From assembly GCF_001194135.2 (NCBI RefSeq), contig NC_068982.1, forward strand, positions 123,916,297 through 123,980,296: a stretch of 64,000 nucleotides of DNA, in the 5' to 3' direction. This DNA comes from Octopus bimaculoides. Taxonomy: Eukaryota. The stretch's first letter is position 1; every line of letters starts with the position of its first letter. The notes under the pieces are model-generated. The model was not told the DNA's origin, made no database searches, and saw nothing but the letters and a program-made list of their open reading frames with translations. A program made the position numbers and the translations under genes. This document shows, in pieces, positions 51,641 to 64,000 of the stretch.

Positions 51641-53068
51641 TCAGGTGTGGAAGCAAGGTCTAGAATTGAAGGGCCTTAGAGTCAACCTAGCTAAAACCAA
51701 AATCCTAATAAGTAGGAAGGTAGATAAAACACAAACCCCTTCAGGTAGATGGCCCTGCTCAGTATGTAGAAAAGGAGTAGGTAGTAACTCTATAAGATGT
51801 ACCCGGTGCAAGCTATGGACACATAAGAGGTGCAGCAACATCAAAGGCAGGTTAACTAGCAAGTTAGTTTTTGTTTGTGGCAGATGTTCAGGTGCAATAA
51901 AGACTGCAAACAAACAGGAAACAACTTCTATCTCATTCCAGGGTGAAAAACTAGAGGTAGTCGATAGCTTNNNNNNNNNNNNNNNNNNNNNNNNNNNNNN
52001 NNNNNNNNNNNNNNNNNNNNNNNNNNNNNNNNNNNNNNNNNNNNNNNNNNNNNNNNNNNNNNNNNNNNNNNNNNNNNNNNNNNNNNNNNNNNNNNNNNNN
52101 NNNNNNNNNNNNNNNNNNNNNNNNNNNNNNNNNNNNNNNNNNNNNNNNNNNNNNNNNNNNNNNNNNNNNNNNNNNNNNNNNNNNNNNNNNNNNNNNNNNN
52201 NNNNNNNNNNNNNNNNNNNNNNNNNNNNNNNNNNNNNNNNNNNNNNNNNNNNNNNNNNNNNNNNNNNNNNNNNNNNNNNNNNNNNNNNNNNNNNNNNNNN
52301 NNNNNNNNNNNNNNNNNNNNNNNNNNNNNNNNNNNNNNNNNNNNNNNNNNNNNNNNNNNNNNNNNNNNNNNNNNNNNNNNNNNNNNNNNNNNNNNNNNNN
52401 NNNNNNNNNNNNNNNNNNNNNNNNNNNNNNNNNNNNNNNNNNNNNNNNNNNNNNNNNNNNNNNNNNNNNNNNNNNNNNNNNNNNNNNNNNNNNNNNNNNN
52501 NNNNNNNNNNNNNNNNNNNNNNNNNNNNNNNNNNNNNNNNNNNNNNNNNNNNNNNNNNNNNNNNNNNNNNNNNNNNNNNNNNNNNNNNNNNNNNNNNNNN
52601 NNNNNNNNNNNNNNNNNNNNNNNNNNNNNNNNNNNNNNNNNNNNNNNNNNNNNNNNNNNNNNNNNNNNNNNNNNNNNNNNNNNNNNNNNNNNNNNNNNNN
52701 NNNNNNNNNNNNNNNNNNNNNNNNNNNNNNNNNNNNNNNNNNNNNNNNNNNNNNNNNNNNNNNNNNNNNNNNNNNNNNNNNNNNNNNNNNNNNNNNNNNN
52801 NNNNNNNNNNNNNNNNNNNNNNNNNNNNNNNNNNNNNNNNAAAAGACACCATTTCGAGCGTGGCCGTTTTCGTGCGGGTGACACGTAAAAGCACCCACTA
52901 CACTCTCTGAGTGGTTGGCGTTAGGAAGGGCATCCAGCTGTAGAAACTCTGCCAAATCAGACTGGAGCCTGGTGTTGCCATCCGGTTTCACCAGTCCTCA
53001 GTCAAATCGTCCAACCCATGCTAGCATGGAAAGCGGACGTTAAACGATGATGATGATGATGATGATGA
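51641..53068 (+). mobile_element. Young 5'-truncated RTE-clade LINE spanning an assembly gap
   Basis: Stop-free WKQGLELKGLRVNLAKTKIL...CSVCRKGVGSNSIRCTRCKLWTHKRCS...CGRC...EKLEVVDS up to the gap; RTE tail and (GAT)n after the gap. Confidence 0.8.
51971..52840. other. Assembly gap (870 N)
   Basis: Directly visible. Confidence 1.
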
Positions 53069-55734
53069 TGTTACTATACCCCTGTTGATATCAATAAGTT
53101 TTGAAAATAAGGAAGAATTTAGTAAAATAAAACTGTCATTATTAAACTGGTACTAAGAACTTAAATCAACAAAGAATTTAGATGATTTTAAAACAGGAAT
53201 TTGTATCATAGAACAAGGGTCAGTCTCTGGCAGGTTAGTATCAAAAAGCATACTTTTGAATTAATTCATTTGCTATCTTCTCTACAAAATATATTTATAT
53301 TTCCAATGAAGATTATATGGATTTAGTTTGATCTTCAGCTTTGTTTACAAAAGTTTAAGTTCTGGCAATGCTAAAAAAAAAATATTCAGGCCAAAAGTTT
53401 ATATTGTGCATGGCTGTTGTCTTAATCAATACTATTGTATTGTCATGTATTGATAAAAGGCTTCTGTATATAAAGCAGTGTAAATGCTGGACGAGATATC
53501 CCTAAGGCAACTGTATTTATAAAAGAAACAGAAATTGTATTTACAAAAGAAGCAAACTTCTCCTCTTTGTGGATTCTAACAGGGTTGGATTAAGATCCAC
53601 AGAAGCTCTAAGCACTTAAAAGATTTTGGTACCCCTATATATATATGTAATTCAAAATAATAAACCATAAAAATGAATTTTTGTTTTTTAAAATGAAACA
53701 AAACTGATAGTAAAACAGAAAATAATGTTTATTTTTGTATATTTCCACTTTATTTATATTCAAAAAGTTTTCACCTATTTTCTTTAATAGCGAAGTCTTT
53801 GATCAGATCCTCAAAATTAATCTTAAGTAACACATCTACTTCTATACTTAGTAGAGATAAGGTATCCCCAATATTATTTTAGCAAGTTTAAAGTAATTTC
53901 TTTTGTGCTGTAAACCATTTACTATATCTGTGATGCCACCCCACTCCACTTCCCTTGCTGCCTTAAGCACGTGCTTATTTTGCTTAATGGTTAATCCAGT
54001 GCTGGATTCCAATGACTGAGGTTAAGTCCTCCTGATTTTTCAGCATCATGAAGGAGACTACATTTACTTTCACGATTAACTGGTTGGTGTATTTTCACAT
54101 ATGTACCAGAGCTATGGGAAATACCAGATTTGATGGGGTAAAAGATGTACCACAATTTCAGTAGTGCATATTTGGAGGAAACAATTAGTACATTAAAGTT
54201 TACAGGAGCCCAGTTTCAAATATACGACTCAAGGTGGTTTTTTGAGACACATTTTTTTAAAAAAACGAAGTGCATTTTATATGCAATCAGATACAGTAAC
54301 AATGCATTTAGTTTTTTCAGTTTCTTCCTACCTAGGTTGAGGTAGAGTAGAGTTCAGGCTGCAGTAGTGTATATATGTTGAGTTCCCTGGATTTGTAAAC
54401 AATGAAGGTACTCTTTTGTTTATTGTTGAAAAGTGGAAAAAATTGGTTTGGTATGAAGAAGAGGAAAAGTCTAAAATTTCAGGCAGTAACTTTCATTGAA
54501 GAAATATTTTCTGATAATACTCAAAGAATAGATTGGGAGTAGTAAGAGAAAGTGAGAGGGAGAGAATGAGGTAGAATGAAGGAAAGAGAGGAGAGAAACT
54601 AGTGAAGAATAAAGATGTAGGAAGTGGCAATGTGAAACATGTGTTGGTAGGAGGAGGGCAGTCAAATTGGGGAGATAGTCAACAGGAAGGTTAGCAAATT
54701 TGATAAATTAGGAGAAGAGCGGTGGGTATGGAAATCAGAAGAAGGGAAGACAACTAGGAGATAATAAAGAATGCTTACTAAATAGAAAAAGAAGCAGGAA
54801 GGGAGGTGAAGAGAATCAAAAATATAATGGAGTCTGCCAAACTGCAAACATATTAAAGTATTGTTTGCTGCATTGCTATTATTAAGATCAAGGAAGACAG
54901 TGAGCTAGCGGAATTGTTAGCATACCGGGCAGAATGCTTAGTAGCATTTTGTCTATCTTTGCTTTCTGAGTTCAAATTTCACTGAGGTTAATTTTGCCTT
55001 CCATCCTTTTGAGGTTGATTAAATAAGTACCAGTGGAGAACCAGGGTCAATGTAATCAACTAGCACCTCTCCCAAACTTGCTGGCCTTGTACAGAAATTT
55101 GAAACCATTATCAATATCATGGAAAAATCCAGAAATAAGCTCTGGACATTACACTCTAACTCTTTTTGTTCGGTACTAAATTACTGTACATTTCCTTTTT
55201 CTTACTTTTTTTTCCTTTTCCTTTTGTAAAATTGCAGCAGTTTCTGTGGGGAGTATAATAAGATATCACTTACATTCTGGAAGAACTATTTTAACCAATT
55301 GCAGTGGAATTGTATTAGGGACCAGGTATCAGTGATACAACGAATATTTTGATACCTCAAGAAATGAATAAAAAGTGAATTTAACAAGTTTTGTGTGTTT
55401 TTAGATGTTTAGAATGGCTCCTCCACTCTGTAATTTCTTCAGTTTCAGCATACAGTCTCAGACCAAGTCATTTGCCTGACAAGTACTACTCCAAATGATA
55501 AGATAAATGCTTTTAAATACTTGATGAGAAAATAAAATTAGTTTATCTAGAGGATTACAACAAGATCTGTTTCCATAAACGAAGCTAAACAACATAACTT
55601 CTTTTACAAAGGAGATTTATGTAATTTTGTTTTTGTATTTGGTTTTCAAGATTCTTCATCTGAACTCGTGTGTTGGGATATATTTTGTTGTGCCTTGGGA
55701 GGGTCATTATGCCAATAATAAACACAGTTACTGA

Positions 55735-56045
55735 TTCCATTGCACTTCTTTATTTTCTTATTTGTCAATTAGTTAACTGTTTATCCAATTAACTAATCAA
55801 TTGCTTGATTAATCATTCAGTCAATTAATCAATCAGTTTAGTTTGTCAAAGTCCTTTTGTCGGCATTCACAACCTCATTTATGACAGAGATGGAATAGAG
55901 AAGGTATGCCTTTGATGAGGTCATGAATGGCACTAAAAAACTTTGATATACTTGATTGATTGAGCAAATAATTAATCAAGCAATTCATTAGTCAATTGGT
56001 TAAATAGTTAACATATAAAAAAAGTGCAATGGAACTAGTGCATGC
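55735..56045. mobile_element. Foldback/MITE-like element, same family as 864-1174
   Basis: ttccattgcacttctttatt... is mirrored by ...aagtgcaatggaactagtgcat. Confidence 0.7.
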
Positions 56046-56667
56046 ATTTATTATTGTCATAATAACCCTCCCTAGATGCAAAATATTTGTGTAATGTTTA
56101 TAAATACAGTTTTGTTTACTCCTAGAAATCTCCACTATATTACTACATTAACTTACCTTTGAAACGTTGCTTAAATCAACAATGTTATTTTTAAATATTC
56201 TTCAACATTAAATCTTTCATCTTGTTTCCAATGATTTTCCACAATTTTGCATTATTTTCAAACTAAACAACTGTAATTGTAATTGTCTCTTTTTTTATTT
56301 TTATTTTTATTTTTATCAGTATTTTCTAAAATATATCAGAAGTTTTGTTAAAAACCTACAAAACAACTGAGCTTGTGTTTTTGCTTGAATTCTTTTCAAA
56401 ATTATTTAGCTAACATTGTCTGCCAATAATTTCATACTCTAAAACACTGCTTCACACCAACAAAAATATCACCACTTTGATTCTGTTTTGATTGAGTGAT
56501 CTCTTTCAGCTAAGTCCCAGAACTTTACCCAGTATTAGTTAACAGCATACATGTGGGAAAAGATGTACCATGGTTCTTTTCAGTGGCCATTATGTCTTTT
56601 TAAACAATCTCAGTCTTCAAAAGAAATTTTAAGTGTTTCTCTTTTACACAGTAAATTTTTTTTTTTC

Positions 56668-57068
56668 TCTTACTTGATTCAGTCATTCGACTGCGGCCAT
56701 GCCAGAGCACCACCTTTTAGTCAAGCAAATCGACCCCAGGACTTAGTCTTTGTAAGCCTAGTACTTATTCTATCAGTCTTTTTTGCCAAACTGCTAAGTT
56801 ATGGGGACATAAACACACCAGCATCACATGTCAAGCAATGTTGGTGGTGGTGGGGGGAGGGGAAACACAGACACACAAACATACACATACACACATATAT
56901 ATACATATATACAATGGGCTTCTTTCAGTTTCCGTCTAGCAAATCCACTCACAAGGCTTTGATCGACCCGAGGCTATAGTAGAAGACACTTGGCCAAGGT
57001 ACTATGCAGTGGGACTGAACCTGGAACCATGTGGTTGGTAAGCAAGCTACTTACCACACAGCCACTCC
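56668..57068 (-). mobile_element. tRNA-headed SINE, family A
   Basis: Reverse complement of the 7316 copy. Confidence 0.85.
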
Positions 57069-57090
57069 TTTATTGAAATATTTGATATAT

Positions 57091-57455
57091 AGGTGCAGGA
57101 GTGACTGTGTGGTAAGTAGTTTGCTTACCAACCACATGGTTCCAGGTTCAGTCCCCACTGCATGGCACCTTGGACAAGTGTCTTTTACAAGACAGAAACT
57201 GAAAGAAGCCTGTTGTATGTGTGTGTATGGGTGGGTTTGTGTATGTGTGTGTATTTGTGCATCTGTGTTTGTCCCTCCCACCATCGCTTGACAACTGATG
57301 CCAGTGTGTTTACGTCCCCATAACTTAGTGGTTTGGCAAAAGAGAGACCTATAGAATAAGTACTAGGCTTACAAAGAATAAGTCCTGGAGTCGGTTTGTT
57401 CGACTGAAGGCTGTGTTCCAGCATGGCCACAGTCAAATGACTGAAACAAATAAAA
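57091..57455 (+). mobile_element. tRNA-headed SINE, family A, head-to-head with 56668-57068
   Basis: aggtgcaggagtgactgtgtggtaag head, internal deletion, standard 3' end. Confidence 0.85.
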
Positions 57456-59674
57456 TGATAAAAGAATATATTATTCATTTGTTTCTTTTTTACGTCCATT
57501 TCCCCATGCTAATTGGACTGGATGAAGACTCATTGCAGCAGTATTTTATAGCTGGATGCTCTTCCTGTCCCCAAACCTTATCTGTTTTGCTAGTAAGGGA
57601 TTTTTTTCTATTCCACTGATCTTCACAAGTTAAAAGCACAGAACCACAGAACATATTGTTTACAGAGAATGTAAATAATATAACACCATTTTGTTCAGAG
57701 TCATGCGAAGACATGCAGAATGTAAACATTCACACACGTATACACACACACACACACACACACACTCATGCACCTACCTTTATACACATGCATATACACA
57801 TGCACACACACACACACACATGTACTTATGTATGTATGTATGTATGTACAAACAAAAGACTTCACCAAGGTACCACAGAGTAGGATAGAACCAAAAACCA
57901 TTTGGTAATGAGGTGTACCCTGTATCCACACAGCCACACCTAAATATTATTAGAATATTAGAATAGAATAATATTTTAACTTATATTCAGATATTAAGTA
58001 ATAGAATATTATTTCCTTACCATTTGTGATACCATTTTTACATAAATAAACAAAGCAGTTGTTGACAATTTTATGTCTTTCAGCATTATTACAACCAGTA
58101 TTACCATTGTCATCATCATCATCATCATTATGGTGTGCATCAATTTTTGAGAATATCGTTCTTTATTTGATATAAGCATTTTATTTATTTATTTATTTAT
58201 TTTGCAAACCTCTGATAATATGAAAACATTTATATCACAAATTTTGTTTTAACACATCAAGATAACTTAAAGGAATATTTATCCTACTCCTCCTCACCAT
58301 CATCGTCGTCGTCGTCGTCATCATTTAACGTCCATTGTCCATGCTGATATGGGTTGGACAGTCTGACCAAACCTAGGGAGCTGCACCAGACTCCAGTCTG
58401 ATTTGACATGGTTTCTACAACTAGATGCCTTTCGTAATTCCAACCACTTTACAGAGTGTGCTGGGTGCTTTAATTGGCACCAGCACAGGTGCTTTAATTG
58501 GCACCACACAGGGGCTTTTTACATGGCACTGCATGAGCACTTTTATATGGCACCGTATGGGCGCTTTTACATGGAATCACCACAAATGCTTTACACCACC
58601 AGCAGGATTAGTCTTAACACTTCTCTTGCGAAGTACGGGTCTTCATGAGTATGGCCAGGCGCCAGGTGTCTTGGTCTTTTGTCATCTCACCTCAAGGGTT
58701 CAATTTCTTGAGGTTGTTCTTCAGCACTTCATCCCATGTCATAGTTATTTATATCATTTTTGAGTACTACCCATTTTTTTAGAAATTTAAACACAACAAA
58801 CTAGATCCACTCAAACAAAGCTGCCTCTACATGGTCACTCAATCTGCCAGAAATATTAGCCTTATTTCCCTCAGATTGTACCTAATTATCTTAAATGAGG
58901 AAAAGACGCATCAGATAATGCAGCTATAAACATACTGCTAATATGACAAGGTTGGATGGTTATGACTGGAAGGTTTTGATCATAAGTCATCTCAGCCAGG
59001 CTGCACTGGTGGTACTAAACAACAACAACAACAACAGCATCAGCAATAGCAACAACAACAACAAAAATCTAAATTTGATTTTCTAACTAACTAAAATGTA
59101 GCATGTCTTATCTATTTTGTGATATTCTCTCTAAATGTCTGAAACATCTTTCTGAACTGAGAGTTTGGTATCCATCTCAATATTCAGAGCAATTTCAAAC
59201 TCAACACACACTCAATAATTATTTCATCTTTGACATTAGTACCTCATATACTGATCTTTAAAGGCCAAGATAATCTCAGAAGAATTTATATTGCAGATCC
59301 ATTTATTCTGAACTCGTTTCTGATAAATGTCACTGCCATGGGATTATGTTATCTTGTTCCAATATATCAAGTTCCAATAGCTTTATCCTGTTTTAGTATA
59401 TTAATATTTAATATTGGTTTCAAATGTTGGCACAAGGCTAGCAATTTCAGGGGAGGGGATAAGTCAATTACACTGACCCCCAGTGTTCAGCTGGTATTTA
59501 TTTTATCAACCTGAAAAGAATGAAAGGTAATGTCAACCTCGGCAGAATTTGAACTCAGAACATAAAAATAGAGGAAATGCTGCTGTGCATTTTGCCCGGT
59601 GTGTTAATGATCCTGCCAGCTCACTGCCAATATTAAAGATTAATATTTAATATTCAAGACATATACATACCTGG

Positions 59675-60076
59675 AGGTGCAGGAGTGGCTGTGTGGTAAG
59701 TAGCTTGCCTACCAACTACATGGTTCCAGGTTCAGTCCCACTGCATGGCACCTTGGGTAAGTGTCTTTTCCAATAGCCTCAGGGCAACCAAAGCGTTGTG
59801 AGTGGATTTGGTAGACAGAAACTGAAAGAAGCACATATATATGTATATATATGTGTGTGTGTGTGTGTACGTTTGTGTGTCTCCCCACCATTGCTTGACA
59901 ACCGATTCTGGTGTGCTTACGTCCCCATAACTTAGCAGTTTGGCAAAAGGGACAAATACAATAAGTACTAGGCTTACAAAGAATAAGTCCTGGGGTTGAG
60001 TTGTTCGACTAGAAGTGGTGTTCCAGCATGGCCGCACCACAGTCAAATGACTGAATCAAGTAAAAGAATAAAAGAA
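59675..60076 (+). mobile_element. tRNA-headed SINE, family A
   Basis: Full head, body and tail as at 7316. Confidence 0.85.
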
Positions 60077-60789
60077 TGCCTACTTACATATAAAAAGGAA
60101 CATTAACACATTCATACAGTTGCTTTAATCATAAAACAATCTTAATATATGTATCTGTGTATTCTAAAATATTTATGTCAAGACATATTTAATGTATCAT
60201 CGTCACCATCTTCATCCCCTTCATCCCTATCATCATTTTAATGTCCACTTTTCCATGCTTGCATGGGTCTGCTAGAGTTTAATGAGGCAGATTTCCTACA
60301 GCCAGATGCCCTTTCTATTGCCTACTTGTTTGTAAGAAAGGTAATATTTCCCTGTAGCCAGATATTTTCCCCAAAATATTGAAAATAAATGACACTGTTT
60401 GTTTGACAGTGACATCCATTTACAACTATCATACCATGTTGAGACAAGACAACACACACCCACACACATGTACACTCACACACTTGCACAGTCACATACA
60501 CACACACACACAATGGGTCTCTTTCAGTTTCTATTTACCAAATCCACTCAGAAGCTTTGAAAAAGAAAAGCAACATGGCAAATGATCTTAAGACATGGTC
60601 TCAGTTTAATACACATTTCTTTATCAGAGGTACTGGCATGGGTGCACAATTAAGAAACTTGCTTCAGAACCATGTGATTTGAAGTTCAGTCCCATTGCAT
60701 GGGACCTTTGGCAAGTATCTTCTACTTTAGCCCCAGGCCAACCAAAGCTTTGTGAATAAATTTGATAGACAGAAACTGAAAGAAGCCTG

Positions 60790-60829
<40 letters not shown>

Positions 60830-60971
60830 GTTTGTATGATTGTGTATAGAAGAATATATTAATCAATGAAATTCCATCCTAGTCTGATTTTCACATTTCA
60901 TTACTTACAATTTTTACAATTTTACATTATTATAATAATAGAATATTAGATATTTATTGTGATAAAACTAG

Positions 60972-61081
60972 TACTTTCATGCATTACACAATCATCAGGT
61001 TTATGTAATAGTAGTGATATATATATATATATTAATCACTATTATTACATAAACCTGATGATTGTGTAATGCATGAAAGTA
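60972..61081. repeat. Near-perfect palindrome, 47-bp arms around an (AT)n-rich loop
   Basis: tactttcatgcattacacaatcatcaggtttatgtaata(g)tagtgat against its reverse complement, one mismatch. Confidence 0.9.
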
Positions 61082-61437
61082 TCATCTGAACGTGTTTGCT
61101 GTCAAGCCCACCATACTGGCTCCTGTACCAGTGGCACATAAAAAGCACCAACTGATCGTGACCGATGCCAGTACCCCCTGACTGGTTCCTGTGCTGGTGG
61201 CATGTAAAAAGCACCATTTGAACGTGATCGTTGCCAGGTACACCTGACTGGCTCCTGTGCCAGTGGCACGTAAAAAGCACCCACTACACACTCGGAGTGG
61301 TTGGCATTAGGAAGGGCTTCCAGCTATAGAAACTCTACCAGACTAGATTGGAGTCTGGTGCAGCCGCTGGCTCTCCAGACCTCAGTCAAACCGTCCAACC
61401 CATGCCAGCATGAAAAACAGACGTTAATCGATGATGA

Positions 61438-61471
<34 letters not shown>

Positions 61472-63543
61472 GGAGAGAAAGAGAGAAATAGAAGGACGTG
61501 GGTGTGCATGTGTTTGCATCTCCTTCCTTTGACATCATGCAGTAGTTGCATGCAATAATCTTAAACAAGTGTCATAGTCATACAATCAGTGTTGTTTGTT
61601 TCTAATCTTCTGTAAAAACGTTCTGCTATAGGAAAATATCACCATGTTTGGAAACAAATGAGGGTTGGTGATAGGAAAGGCATCCAGCTATAGAAAATCT
61701 GTCTCAATAAACTCCATTTGACTCCTGCAAATATAGCAAGTGGAATTTAAGATAGTGATGATAAGGATGATGATGATAATGGTGACGATGACAACTGTAT
61801 ACATCAAAAATAAAAAATAATAATGGATGTGTTGATGGTGCCACATAAAAAGCATTCAGTCCACACTGTAAAGTGGTTAGCATTTGTAAAAGCATCCAGA
61901 TGTAAAAACCTTGCCAAAACTGACCTTGTCTGTGCTGGTACAACATAAAAGCACTCAGTTCACTCTGCAGGGTGGTTGATGTTAGGAAGGGCATCCAGCT
62001 GTAAAAATCATGCTAAAATTGGCAGTGAAGCCTGATACAGTCTTCTGCCTTGCCAGCTCCAGTCAAACTGTTCAACCCATGCCAGCATAGAAATCAGACG
62101 TTAAATGATGATGATGATGATGTATTGAAATATGAACCCACAAAGAACTTTGCTCTGCTGAACTTATTCTTGGAACATTATTCGTGCTAATATTATTTCT
62201 TGACAATATCATTTCTCACGGTAGTTTACATACTGCAGTGAGAAAGCTCTAAATATATTTTGTGTAGTGGAAATCTTTCTGTTGTGAGCATTCAGATTAT
62301 GTCTCTGCACAGAAAGTAATTTAATATCTATTGACATGCTGCTTCAACTGCAGCAATGCCAAAGTTGTAGTTTCTTCTTTTCTTTTGTTCTACCAATCGC
62401 TGATGTCATTTAAAGGTCATGGGTACTGTTTGTTTTTTATTCCTCCTATAACTAATCCATAACAAAATTTTAAAATTCACTCAAGGTAATCTTAGAAATG
62501 TGAATTTTAAAAATGAACTCAAAGAAGTTGGGTGCACATTTATTTATCTTTTTTTAATTTTTAATCTTTTAATCAGGAGAGAAAGGTAATGCACATGACC
62601 TTTTTCAGGATCCCTGATTGGTGGGAGGAAGGTATTCTCAAACAGAAGATCTGGTCCAAATGTATACTCTCTCCACTAAAAGCACCCAAGGACCATGTAC
62701 TTCCTTCCTTTCCAATGGCCCTTTGCACCCTGTGATGCAAAGGGCCATTGAGAACTTCTCTCTACTATTCTTGATTCTGGACTGTCGTTTCTACTTCTCC
62801 CCAGTTGGATCCCTGCTTCTTCAATTCTTGTTAGTTTTGAATTGCCATCAATACTTTTGTAACTTTTCATTTTTCTATGTCAGGGTGTTAACCCTACACT
62901 AACCTATTTTTACCTGTGGGAGGAGGTGGTCTATATTAACCTGGCCTCTATCCTTTGACCTGTCCAGCATGGGCGGCCCTATTAGGAGCTTGTGTTCTGT
63001 TGGCATGGCTCTCAAGATCTTTGAAGTACAAAAGCCACCACATCACAACAACGGTTGGTCCTTGTGGTAGCAAGGACCATGGGTGGGGGATATTAAATGG
63101 AGGGATAGATTATTTTTCTTTGCATTTACATCAGGAATAAATTACTTCTTGGTACTTGAATTCATGGTACTTGATTTAATTCATGGTACTTAATTCTTGG
63201 TACTTGAATTCATGTTGAAATTCAGTCTCTTATTCCATAGTTGGAATCGATTGCCATTACTCAGAACTTTATACCTATTTCAAGTACATTTCCCAATGTT
63301 TTAGGAAAGTTGACAAAGAATTTACCAATATATTCAATTTATTTATTCGATGTATTTATGATCAAATGAACAAAAGAGAATTCAGCACACTGCAAAAAGA
63401 AAAAAATCATCTAGCTATTTATGTAACACAATACAAAATACTGAAACAACATAATTATTTAAGTAATTTGACATTAATTTTATTAACTAATTATATATGA
63501 ATTTTTTTCTTAAAATGTTGCCCATTCTTCATATTTCTTTTAG

Positions 63544-63731
63544 TGCCTCCACAAATTTTATTTCCTCCTGAAAGTCAGGTAATTTCAGAAGCAAGGGATG
63601 TGATACTGTCTTGTACAGTTGATGGTGATCCTCCACCAAGAATTCTTTGGATGAAAAACAGCCAGCCTATAGAACTGAGCCACCGAATACAGGAATTTGG
63701 AAATGGAACCCTTATTATCTCAAATACAACT
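63544..63731 (+). CDS. HMCN1: Hemicentin exon, N-part of Ig domain 11 (VPPQILFPP...IISNTT)
   Basis: atttcttttag acceptor, ACT|gtgagt donor, 188 nt, phase 1-0, compatible with the exon ending at 21775. Confidence 0.92.
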
Positions 63732-64000
63732 GTGAGTAGTGGGGCTTTGTCTCTTTACATTTGTTACTAATCTTCATGTGTACTCACATTGACACCATTT
63801 GGGCAGCAGTGATATTTTCCTATGTCCCACAGTTTGGTGGCTTTGTGTGTGAAGACCAATGGAGCAAAGTATCTTATTCGGTATCAGAAAAAGCATTTAG
63901 CCATAGAATACTGCCTCAACAAATCTCATTCAACCAACCCCAGCAAGGAAAAAGTAAACATAAAAAGAATGGTGGTTGTGATGGTGGCAGTGGTGGTAGT

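Larger units (their letters stand above)
412..63731 (+). other. HMCN1: Hemicentin gene (partial; 15 coding exons, end of the tandem Ig array). Gene continues beyond both window ends
   Basis: All 14 introns are GT-AG with compatible phases, giving a stop-free 2972-nt frame of VPP-starting I-set Ig domains (C...W...D.G.Y.C). The last domains are colinear with my recollection of human HMCN1 (NGHSELVIERVSKEDSG vs NGQSKLIVRNTGKEDSG; IEISHRIRQLGNGSL vs IELSHRIQEFGNGTL). Recalled, not aligned. Confidence 0.9.

Noticed and set aside
51641-52991. Four long ORFs (318-421 aa) in the ORF track
   Set aside because: They run through the 870-N gap (X residues); only the RTE segment before the gap is real coding-derived sequence
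53420-54110. Further minus-strand candidate exons (54105-54062 and from about 53510)
   Set aside because: Joining them runs into a stop within about 22 codons and they do not connect in phase to the other candidates
21776-63543. Additional hemicentin Ig or TSP1 exons inside the giant intron
   Set aside because: No ag|NN-CCN-CCN (VPP) exon, D.G.Y.C motif or WSxW motif was found by eye, and the flanking exons join in frame; sequence hidden in the N gaps cannot be excluded

Overview
AT-rich eukaryotic (metazoan) genomic DNA. The repeat content (tRNA-headed SINEs, RTE-tail elements ending in (GAT)n/(CAT)n, dense microsatellites) resembles octopus, which is an inference. The only firmly supported gene is a + strand hemicentin (HMCN1/him-4-like). 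Fifteen coding exons (2972 nt in total) splice in frame through GT-AG introns and encode 10.7 consecutive Ig-like domains from the end of the Ig array. The first six domains are single phase-1 exons and the rest are split over two exons. Thirteen introns are 0.46-5.3 kb, but the last (21776-63543) is 41.8 kb. It holds a decayed mariner, Penelope-like elements with hammerhead-ribozyme motifs, RTE and R4/Dong-like LINE pieces, MITEs, many SINEs and two assembly gaps. It also holds low-confidence candidates for an alternative terminal exon, a recursive splice site and a nested antisense gene. No bacterial-type systems, CRISPR arrays, rRNA or true tRNA genes are supported.
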